Of a stretch of DNA of 64,000 nucleotides, positions 1 through 10,946 are shown piece after piece. The stretch's first letter is position 1. Each line of letters opens with the position of its first letter. The stretch comes from Macrostomum lignano (Eukaryota): the NCBI GenBank assembly GCA_002269645.1, contig NIVC01000913.1, forward strand, positions 62,001 through 126,000, read 5' to 3'. Below the pieces are notes generated by a model, which searched no databases, was not told the DNA's origin, and worked only from the letters and a program-made list of their open reading frames with translations. A program made the translations under genes and the position numbers.

Positions 1-135
1 GTCATGACCCTATGATTAACAATCGCAACTGAGGTCATATATTCAAGCAGTAGAATCTGGGATCTGGAGTTTCCTACATCTTTTTCACAAGATCGAACTG
101 GTTTAACCGCAGCTGCCGCCATCCCGCTCCCTACA

Positions 136-918
136 ATGCAGATCTCATCAAGCAAGCGCCAGAAGCGGCAGCAACAGGAGCAGGAGCAGCGGGTGTCAGA
201 CGAGCAAGCCGCCGAACAGGAGCCAATGGAACTCTCGCTCAACAGTCTGGAAGCTGAGTGCGCCATCTGCTGTTGCGGCATCGACACTGAAGCCGGCGTG
301 CCAAACGGTTGCTGTCACAGCTTCTGTTTCGACTGCCTGAAGGAATGGGTGGTCAACAATGCCAGCTGCCCGATGGACCGGCGGCCGGTGAACTTTATCT
401 ACAAGCGCCAGCCGGGCTCGCAGGCCTTCACTGGGCGGCACCGGGTGTTCCTGCGGAACAGTCGCGACGCCTGCCAGGGCGGCTACTGCGGCCCGTTGGA
501 GTCGCCGCCTGGGGAGCCGCACTTCTCTGAGCCTGGCGGCGGCGGCGGCGGCGGCGGCTGGTTCAGTTCGGCCAGACTCGAACCCAGCGCCCCTCCGGCC
601 TCCAGCTTTGACAATAACGACAGAAGCAACAATGCCAACGCGAATGCCTCGGCGGCTAGAAGCGACGGAGATGTATCAGCTCTGTTCGCGTTCGTAGCAG
701 CCGTACTGTTGGCCATTGTCATCTTCGCGTTCTTCCGCAGATACGGAGCTTCGCCGAATCCGGTGCCGACTCCTGCTCCGCCACCGGCTGCCGAATCCGG
801 TAGCTCAGTAGCCAATCTGATTCAGTTTGTTGTCCTTGTGGTGGTGCTGTACCTCACCGCCCAGCTCTGCCTGACGAGCAGTCAGACTAATACTAGAGCA
901 GTGCCGGGTCGGGCTTGA
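136..918 (+). CDS. RING-finger protein (PHRF1/SCAF11-type RING) with two C-terminal hydrophobic segments; putative membrane E3 ligase
   Basis: ORF carries CAIC...GVPNGCCHSFCFDCLKEW...SCPMDR, a C3HC4-like RING with Asp as the last ligand, as in the PHRF1/SCAF11 CPVDR. Two hydrophobic runs follow (SALFAFVAAVLLAIVIFAFF; LIQFVVLVVVLYLTAQLCL). GC-rich and apparently intronless. Confidence 0.8.
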   Translation: MQISSSKRQKRQQQEQEQRVSDEQAAEQEPMELSLNSLEAECAICCCGIDTEAGVPNGCCHSFCFDCLKEWVVNNASCPMDRRPVNFIYKRQPGSQAFTGRHRVFLRNSRDACQGGYCGPLESPPGEPHFSEPGGGGGGGGWFSSARLEPSAPPASSFDNNDRSNNANANASAARSDGDVSALFAFVAAVLLAIVIFAFFRRYGASPNPVPTPAPPPAAESGSSVANLIQFVVLVVVLYLTAQLCLTSSQTNTRAVPGRA

Positions 919-1142
919 GGGGACGACTGTTGGCTGCGATAATTCTACTTCCGTAATGAATATGGCCCTTGTAGCTAGTTCCTGCTGTCCTGCTGCGTGT
1001 TGTCTGGGCGGGAGTTTTAATTACATAATCTCATTATTCTCTCTGATCTCAAGTAGTAATTGATGACATTCACAAGTTTGAAATTTTTCATCCGTATGCA
1101 CACGCATCTGAATTATTGCGTGATTGTGATTTACAATTGTTG

Positions 1143-2030
1143 AATCCCAGAATTCTAACCCACAGTCTGAGAACCCCGAATCCTTAAATCCCAACCCTGA
1201 TCCTAAATATCCCAGAATGCTGATCCCAAATCCTTGAATCCTGATCCCGAATCCTTGAATCCCAACCCCGATCCCAAATCCCAGAATCCTGATCCCAAAT
1301 CCTTGAATCTTGATCCCAAATCCTTGAATCCTGATCCCAAATTCCAGAATCCTGATCCCAAATCCTTGAATCTTGATCCCAAATCCTTGAATCCTGATTC
1401 CAAATTCCAGAATCCTGATTGACTGATTCCCAATCCCAGAATCCTGATCCCAAACCCCAGAATCCTGATCCCAAATCCTTGAATCTTGAACCCAAATCCT
1501 TAAATCTTGAACCCAAATCCTTAAATCTTGATCCCAAATCCTTGAATCCTGATTCCAAATTCCAGAATCCTGATCCCAAATCCCAGAATCCTGATCCCAA
1601 ATCCTTGAATCTTGATCCCAAATCCTTGAATCTTGATCCCAAATCCTTGAATCTTGATCCCAAATCCTTGAATCCTGATTCCAAATTCCAGAATCCTGAT
1701 TGACTGATTCCCAATCCCAGAATCCTGATCCCAAACCCCAGAATCCTGATCCCAAATCCTTGAATCTTGAACCCAAATCCTTGAATCTTGAACCCAAATC
1801 CTTGAATCTTGAACCCAAATCCTTGAATCTTGAACCCAAATCCTTAAATCTTGAACCCAAATTCTTGAATCTTGAACCCAAATCCTTGAATCCTGATCCC
1901 AAATCCTTGAATCTTGATCCCAAATCCTTGAATCCTGATCCCAAATCCCAGAATCCTGATCCCAAATCCCAGAATCCTGATCCCTTATCCCAGAATCATG
2001 ATCCCTTATCCCAGAATCCTGATCCAGCAT
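1143..2030. repeat. 21-bp minisatellite (GAATCCTGATCCCAAATCCYW) with a higher-order duplication of about 281 bp
   Basis: Unit read directly; the variant TTGACTGATTCCCAATCCCAG recurs at about 1419 and 1700. Confidence 0.95.
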
Positions 2031-2644
2031 GCATGCCAAAATCTAGACCCCGAACTCGTGAAATTACTTTCTCAGACACGTCAGTCTATAATGCATATCC
2101 CCAGTCCGGAGCAGAGTCTGTTTATTCCGACCAAGAATGCTTATTTTGATAGCCTAGATAATTATTTCGTGAGTTTTTAGAATTTTACTATTCCATACCA
2201 TTTGCCTTGTGTTAGCAAGTGGTTTCTCCATTAACAGTATAATTATAGAATGTTAATTGCCTTTCAATTTCCCTTTTTAACAATAGTGGTACCGTATGCG
2301 GCTTAAAAAACGTAACAACATGTGTGCCTATTTTTGCGTTAAAAATTTATGAAACGATTTTAATGCTAGTGTATTTTCGCTATCTTTATTACTCTTAAAA
2401 GTAAAAAATGTAGTTATTGCTTCAAAATACTACTTACGAGTACACAATGATTGTAAACACAGAAGTTGTTTGGAAGGAAAATATATTTGACAAGAAAACT
2501 GCCTATTTTTTAAGCATTCAAAGAAAACGTCGCCAAAACGCTATTAAGATGGATTTTACGTAGTTTTTGGGAATTGTACTTTCGATTTTTGTGGGAGTTA
2601 CAATTCAACTATTCGATGAGAATTAGGCTGGCGGCGCAAGTCAA

Positions 2645-3395
2645 AATCGAGGTACATTGAGCGAGGCAGAGTGGCTTGAATTAGTAGGGCAGGAGGCAAA
2701 ATTGATGTACATTGGGCGAGGTGGGGTGACTTGAACTGGCGGGGCAGAGGAGCCAAAATTGATGTACATTGGGCGAGGTTGGGTGGCTTGAACTGGCGGG
2801 ACAGAGAGCCAAGATTGATGTACATTGGGCGAGGTGGGGTGGCTTGAACTGGAGGGGCAGAGAGCGCCACAATCGATGTACATTGGGCGAGGTGGGGTGG
2901 CTTGAACTGGCGGGGCAGAGGAGCCAAAATTGATGTACATTGGGCGAGGTGGGGTGGCTTGAACTGGCGGGGCAGAAAGAGCCAAAATTGATGTACATTG
3001 GGCGAGGTGGGTGGCTTGAACTGGAGGGGCAGAGAGCGCCACAATCGATGTACATTGGGCGAGGTGGGGTGGCTTGAACTGGCGGGGCAGAAAGAGCCAA
3101 AATTGATGTACATTGGGCGAGGTGGGGTGGCTTGAACTGGCGGGGCAGAAAGAGCCAAAATTGATGTACATTGGGCGAGGTCGGTGGCTTGAACTGGCGG
3201 GGCAGAGAGCGCCACAATCGATGTACATTGGGCGAGGTGGGGTGGCTTGAACTGGCGGGACAGAGAGCCAAAATTGATGTACATTGAGCCAGGTGGGTGG
3301 CTTGAACTGGAGGGGCAGAGAGCGCCACAATCGATGTACATTGGGCGAGGTGGGGTGGCTTGGACTGGCGGGGCAGAGAGCGTCACAATCGATGA
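2645..3395. repeat. Minisatellite of about 60 bp, about 12 copies
   Basis: TGATGTACATTGGGCGAGGTGGGGTGGCTTGAACTGGCGGGGCAGAGAG(CGCCACAATC/CCAAAAT) repeated. Confidence 0.95.
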
Positions 3396-3659
3396 GCATT
3401 CAGCTAAAATAAACAAATAATATTTTGTTTCGTAATGGTTTCGAGATTGGCAATTAACAGAATTAATTACGAGCTATTATATTCTTGCCCCCGAATACAT
3501 TGCATGCTTTTTCCTCTCCCTCTTAATCTGCTCTTAGCTCGTAACATTAGATTCGCAGCCTCTTTGGATCTTGGAACCTGGTTTCCCCGATTCTCGTTTC
3601 CGCGAGATGCTCCCAAACAGACCATTTGTGCATCCGCGGCAAGCCAGTCAGTCTCCAAG

Positions 3660-3908
3660 GAACCAATGGCAAACCGATTTTGGCTTCTTGCGCAGCTGCC
3701 CACCCACCCCCTGCCAGTAACGAGCCTATAAAATGGAACGCTTCATCTCTGGCAGCTGGAAGTGCCCGCCTCCACAATCTAACTATATTCCCTGATCGCT
3801 GCAGTGAAGCAAGGTACTAAGCAATAAAGGTAAGAGTAGTAAGCAATGTACTATTGCAGTATGTAAGCAGCACGAGTGAGATGATGCCGATTCCAAACCC
3901 CGTTGTAG
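3660..3908 (+). promoter_or_regulatory. Putative core promoter and 5'UTR intron of peptide precursor 1
   Basis: CCAAT near 3663, TATAAAA at 3727-3733, GTAAGA donor at 3830, TGTAG acceptor at 3908, ATG at 3937. Confidence 0.5.
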
Positions 3909-3936
3909 ACTCATCAACTTCGACCAAACACTGGTA

Positions 3937-4230
3937 ATGTCCCCGATCTCGCTGGCCATCCTGCTGATTGCGGCTGTGTCCTCGGCCTCGGCGATGCCAC
4001 CGCATAACCGCCGGCGGGAGAACTTGTCGGACGAGCTCATGAAGTTTGCGACGGCGGCGGCCGCTGCTGCTGCTGGCCCGCCGGACGCCTTCGACGAGCT
4101 GGTGGAGCCGCTGGCCGCCGCTGAAGGCGAACCTCGCCATCGTGGCAGCCGGTTGTCACCGTTCTTAAGCAAGAGGCACAGTCTTCAGTCGATTCTGTAC
4201 AAGCTGGGCCACTTCAAAAGTGGCAAATGA
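3937..4230 (+). CDS. Secreted neuropeptide-precursor-like protein 1; predicted peptide HSLQSILYKLGHFKS-amide
   Basis: 97 aa: signal peptide (MSPISLAILLIAAVSSASA), RRR site, acidic/Ala spacer, KR site and C-terminal GK amidation signal. The core is shared with 6357-6638. Confidence 0.85.
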   Translation: MSPISLAILLIAAVSSASAMPPHNRRRENLSDELMKFATAAAAAAAGPPDAFDELVEPLAAAEGEPRHRGSRLSPFLSKRHSLQSILYKLGHFKSGK

Positions 4231-4449
4231 TGGCCCAATGGCCTTCAGCAGCTGACTAGACAAGCACAGACTCCATGCGATTGAAACATTCGAAAATATA
4301 TTCTTTTTTTAAATCGAAAGTTTGCTGCGCTACATCTTTGTGACTTTCGATTTTTAAATTACACTCGTCTTTTATAATGTAATTGTTTGATTTACGAGAG
4401 TAATATCAAGAAATGGGTTACTTTATGATAACTACTGAGTGTGGAGGGC

Positions 4450-5380
4450 TCACTGAAGCTTCAGAAAGTAGCTGTGGGGTCACTAAAGCATCAGAAAGAC
4501 AGTCGGGTCACTGAAGCACCATGAAATCCCAATGTGGTCACTGACGCATCAGGAAGTCGCAGTGGGGGTCACTGAAGCATCAGAAAGCCGCACTGGGGGT
4601 CACTGAAGCATCAGAAAGCCGCACTGGGGGTCACTGACGCATCAGGAAGTCGCAGTGGGGGTCACTGAAGCATCAGAAAGTCGCAGTGGGGGTCACTGAA
4701 GCATCAGGAAGTCGCAGTGGGGCTCACTGAAGCATCAGAAAGTCGCAGTGGGGGTCACTGAAGCATCAGGAAGTCGCAGTGGGGCTCACTGAAGCATCAG
4801 GAAGTCGCAGTGGGGGTCACTGAAGCATCAGAAAGTTGCAGTGGGGGTCACTGAGCACCAGGAAATCAAAATAGGGTCACTGAAGCATCAGAAAGTCGCA
4901 GTGGGGGTCACTGAAGCATCAGGAAGTCGCAGTGGGGCTCACTGAAGCATCAGAAAGTCGCAGTGGGGGTCACTGAAGCATCAGGAAGTCGCAGTGGGGC
5001 TCACTGAAGCATCAGGAAGTCGCAGTGGGGGTCACTGAAGCATCAGAAAGTTGCAGTGGGGGTCACTGAGCACCAGGAAATCAAAATAGGGTCACTGAAG
5101 CATCAGAAAGCCGCACTGGGGGTCACTGAAGCATCAGAAAGCCGCACTGGGGGTCACTGAAGCATCAGAAAGCCGCACTGGGGGTCACTGAAGCATCAGA
5201 AAGCCGCACTGGGGGTCACTGAAGCATCAGAAAGCCGCACTGGGGGTCACTGAAGCATCAGAAAGCCGCACTGGGGGTCACTGAAGCATCAGAAAGCCGC
5301 ACTGGGGGTCACTGAAGCATCAGAAAGCCGCACTGGGGGTCACTGAAGCATCAGAAAGCCGCAGTAAGAGGTTACTGAAG
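4450..5380. repeat. 31-bp minisatellite (CACTGAAGCATCAGAAAGCCGCACTGGGGGT)
   Basis: About 30 copies between the two peptide genes; a variant block GAGCACCAGGAAATCAAAATAGG recurs at about 4853 and 5068. Confidence 0.95.
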
Positions 5381-6149
5381 CGTTGGAGGCGGTAGCGACA
5401 AAATTATTATCCGAGGTAAAATCCATAAATTTTGCTGCCGACGCTGAATTTAAAATTATTTTTAGACGCGAAACAATTCCCTCGCGCTGATATGCGATCC
5501 CGTGGATCCGCAGAAATTGAGACAGCTACGCCCCAGAACATGACTCTGCCCCGTGTCTTAATGAAGATTGTTGCCAACCCCCCTGCCAGAAAACAATTAG
5601 CAGTCCGATTTAATCAGTGTTGGATTTCAGGCGTCTCAGAATTTTAATAATTCGAGTAATTGGAGTTTACGAGTATCTCACCTGCTGGGAGACACAACAG
5701 GTGAGCGCGTGGGAGGACAGCTCCATTCTTATTCGTCTACTGTTCCTTCGGCCTCCGCGAAATCAATTTATTTCATGCGAAGCTTTTCTCATCTTTCCTG
5801 ATTTTTTTGTTTTAACATTTAACTGTTCCCCTACTGCTGTACTGCATCGAGGAGGCGATGGCATGGTGATCTGGGTGTGTAGTATCGGCGGCACTGCTGT
5901 GGAGACGTTCTGTGGGGAAACGGTTGCTCAAATACTAACTTATTTTATAAATCATTATGCATTCTCATGTGATGGAAATTCGGAGAGTGATTCCAGTCGA
6001 CATTGGGAATGAAGAATGAAAAGTGAGCCATTAAATTTCTCAGGGCAGTCAAGCTCTATCAGATTGCTTTTTCTGTGAGTTCTAAAATTAGCTGCATAGT
6101 TGATGCAGCCAATCATGAGATCTGAGGAGCTGTTCGACATCTCAACTAT

Positions 6150-6326
6150 CAATATTTAAAGCAAACTCACCCAGCTTAAATATTCTCTTAAGGCCCTCAA
6201 AAAATCTCCACACTAAAAACTGGGAGACTTCGAAATCCGGTAAGTTGGCTTCGAGATTCCCCCCCCCCCAGAGTTTTTCATACTTTTGAAGCAGGCTCAA
6301 ACTCGGATGCACTGATTCCGTTCCAG
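6150..6326 (+). promoter_or_regulatory. Putative TATA-like box and 5'UTR intron of peptide precursor 2
   Basis: TATTTAAA near 6152, GTAAGT donor at 6240, TTCCAG acceptor at 6326, ATG at 6357, AATAAA at 6724. Confidence 0.5.
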
Positions 6327-6356
6327 AGCTTCATCAAGAACCAAGCAACAAGCACA

Positions 6357-6638
6357 ATGGCTGCCTCTCTCTCGTTGAAGCCGACAGCTCTGCTGCTGCT
6401 GGTACTGCTTTCGGTGGCATCGGGAGCCAACTCTGCTGACAACCCTCTGGAGGGGCTGGTGAATTTCTGCCGTCAAATCTGCGAACAGGAGCGGCTGTCA
6501 GCTGACAGCCTTTGGCAGCCTCAGCCTCAGCCGAGGCCAGTGAGCCTCAGCCGGAGAACGCCGAGTCTTCAAGCCATCTTCTACAAGCTGGGCCATCCGC
6601 CGGAATCCAGCAAGGACAAGAAGCAGCAATTCTTCTGA
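6357..6638 (+). CDS. Secreted neuropeptide-precursor-like protein 2; predicted peptide TPSLQAIFYKLGHPPESSKD
   Basis: 93 aa: signal peptide (MAASLSLKPTALLLLVLLSVASG), CxxxC (FCRQIC), RR and KK sites flanking the peptide. LS-RR-TPSLQAIFYKLGH parallels LS-KR-HSLQSILYKLGH in precursor 1. Confidence 0.85.
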   Translation: MAASLSLKPTALLLLVLLSVASGANSADNPLEGLVNFCRQICEQERLSADSLWQPQPQPRPVSLSRRTPSLQAIFYKLGHPPESSKDKKQQFF

Positions 6639-7051
6639 TTTCTGCCTCAGAACTTCGACTTTTGATTTAGATTGTTTTGGCAGTCGAATCGTAGAACTTG
6701 GATTTTTTGAAGAACAAAATTTAAATAAAAGCCCCATCGGCGGGAGAAGGTGGCTGACTGTTACGAATCGCATGGTTCCAACGACTTATATTCATTTTTA
6801 TTGACAAAAGTTCCAATTACTCTACTGATCAGTAGTCAGTTAATGCCGCTATTCTTCAAGTAATAATTTTGAATACTTGGAATAATAGATGAATGCCAGC
6901 ATATTTCAGTAAAAGCTGCTACACCGAATAATTTGCAACGCGAAGAAGATTCAATCTGTTCTGCATCGCTCAGCCTCACAAGCAAATATTCTAATAGAGT
7001 ATTGCCTACTTTAGGACGCTTGTGTCATAACTGAGAATTATGACAATCATA

Positions 7052-8380
7052 CCGCTTCCGCTCCCGCTTCCGCTCCCGCTTCCGCTCCCGCTTCCGCTCC
7101 CGCTTCCGCTCCCGCTTCCGCTCCCGCTTCCGCTCCCGCTTCCGCTCCCGCTTCCGCTCCCGCTTCCGCTCCCGCTTCCGCTCCCGCTTCCGCTCCCGCT
7201 TCCGCTCCCGCTTCCGCTCCCGCTTCCGCTCCCGCTTCCGCTCCCGCTTCCGCTCCCGCTTCCGCTCCCGCTTCCGCTCCCGCTTCCGCTCCCGCTTCCG
7301 CTCCCGCTTCCGCTCCCGCTTCCGCTCCCGCTTCCGCTCCCGCTTCCGCTCCCGCTTCCGCTCCCGCTTCCGCTCCCGCTTCCGCTCCCGCTTCCGCTCC
7401 CGCTTCCGCTCCCGCTTCCGCTCCCGCTTCCGCTCCCGCTTCCGCTCCCGCTTCCGCTCCCGCTTCCGCTCCCGCTTCCGCTCCCGCTTCCGCTCCCGCT
7501 TCCGCTCCCGCTTCCGCTCCCGCTTCCGCTCCCGCTTCCGCTCCCGCTTCCGCTCCCGCTTCCGCTCTCGCTTCCGCTCTCGCTTCCGCTCTCGCTTCCG
7601 CTCTCGCTTCCGCTCTCGCTTCCGCTCTCGCTTCCGCTCTCGCTTCCGCTCTCGCTTCCGCTCTCGCTTCCGCTCTCGCTTCCGCTCTCGCTTCCGCTCT
7701 CGCTTCCGCTCTCGCTTCCGCTCTCGCTTCCGCTCTCGCTTCCGCTCTCGCTTCCGCTCTCGCTTCCGCTCTCGCTTCCGCTCTCGCTTCCGCTCTCGCT
7801 TCCGCTCTCGCTTCCGCTCTCGCTTCCGCTCTCGCTTCCGCTCTCGCTTCCGCTCTCGCTTCCGCTCTCGCTTCCGCTCTCGCTTCCGCTCTCGCTTCCG
7901 CTCTCGCTTCCGCTCTCGCTTCCGCTCTCGCTTCCGCTCTCGCTTCCGCTCTCGCTTGCTCTCATCTCCCTGTCTCTCATCTCCCTGTCTCTCATCTCCC
8001 TGTCTCTCATCTCCCTGTCTCTCATCTCCCTGTCTCTCATCTCCCTGTCTCTCATCTCCCTGTCTCTCATCTCCCTGTCTCTCATCTCCCTGTCTCTCAT
8101 CTCCCTGTCTCTCATCTCCCTGTCTCTCATCTCCCTGTCTCTCATCTCCCTGTCTCTCATCTCCCTGTCTCTCATCTCCCTGTCTCTCATCTCCCTGTCT
8201 CTCATCTCCCTGTCTCTCATCTCCCTGTCTCTCATCTCCCTGTCTCTCATCTCCCTGTCTCTCATCTCCCTGTCTCTCATCTCCCTGTCTCTCATCTCCC
8301 TGTCTCTCATCTCCCTGTCTCTCATCTCCCTGTCTCTCATCTCCCTGTCTCTCATCTCCCTGTCTCTCATCTCCCTGTCT
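7052..8380. repeat. Compound perfect array: (CCGCTTCCGCTC)n, then (TCGCTTCCGCTC)n, then (CTCATCTCCCTGTCT)n
   Basis: Switches at about 7565 and 7957; explains the 454-506 aa ORFs. Confidence 0.98.
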
Positions 8381-8797
8381 CTCTCTATCTCTTTCTCTCT
8401 CTTCTTGTGCAGCTCTCGAAATAGAATACTGTGTTCCCCTATCCCAGTTGCAAGACACGTGCATATTCAAGCCCTTTTGTGGATAGTTCACAACATCAGA
8501 AAATGGTAAACTATCACTGTTAAACCTAACCGCAGCTCCCTCCAACGAAGTGGCGTCTCCGCTTCACATTTTGAAGCTGTTAATAAACTGGATAAAAGAG
8601 AGAAGCCCAACTATATTGACACCATTTAGCTACCGCTTCCAGGCAGATGCTGATTTCGCGTATGCAAAACGCTGCTTAGGGATTTTGGTACATTAAATAA
8701 CCGGCTGTTAACGACTGGCACCCAAATTTAGCTGGGGAAAGAATGAGCTGAGCCATCTGAGCACTTCAATGTTCTGTTACTGTTGACATTGTGCGAA

Positions 8798-9525
<728 letters not shown>

Positions 9526-9979
9526 GAAAAAGTGCAGCACGGGGCGCGCACTACAGTAGCTTCGTTCAGGCGTCCCAACTTACGTTTTTCACTTGGTTCG
9601 GTTTCAGATTCGGGCAGAGACACATTTGCGAGCTTCGGTGGAAGCGGCCTCTCAACCCCTCTCCAGCTCCCTTCAGCTGTCTCTCCTGCGTTCAGCTCGC
9701 GTCCGTCACATATTTTAATTTGTACGATTTGTTACACAAAAGTTTGGACTATCCTACTTATTAGTAGTCAGTGCGTAAATGCCATTATTCACCAAAATCA
9801 TAATATTAAGATCCTGAATGTATTCATTTCAGTAATTCAATTAGCAATCCATGCACCGACATTGAGACTCAGAAGAGATGCTGAATCAGTTAGAAAACTT
9901 GGAAGGTTCTATCCACATATAGTTCTTCATCACTTAGCCTAGCGGAGTTTTCCAGCACTCACAGATACCAACCGATTCA

Positions 9980-9993
9980 GGTGTGTGTGTGTG

Positions 9994-10031
<38 letters not shown>

Positions 10032-10036
10032 GTGTG
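9980..10036. repeat. (GT)n microsatellite
   Basis: Read directly. Confidence 0.95.
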
Positions 10037-10163
10037 TGGCACTTCTTTGAATTCATTGATTAATCTGTTCTGCTCAATGTACCTGCTTGACCGGGACGTT
10101 CTTGAAAGCATACATTTCATACCGTACAGCCGTGAGCGATGCATACACCTCGCTCATAACTAA

Positions 10164-10946
<783 letters not shown>

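Noticed and set aside
1021-2149. Long overlapping ORFs (DLGSRFK and WDQDSRI repeats)
   Set aside because: They are translations of the 21-bp minisatellite, open in several frames on both strands.
2598-3416. Three minus-strand ORFs of 215-272 aa
   Set aside because: A stop-free 60-bp repeat is open in all three frames.
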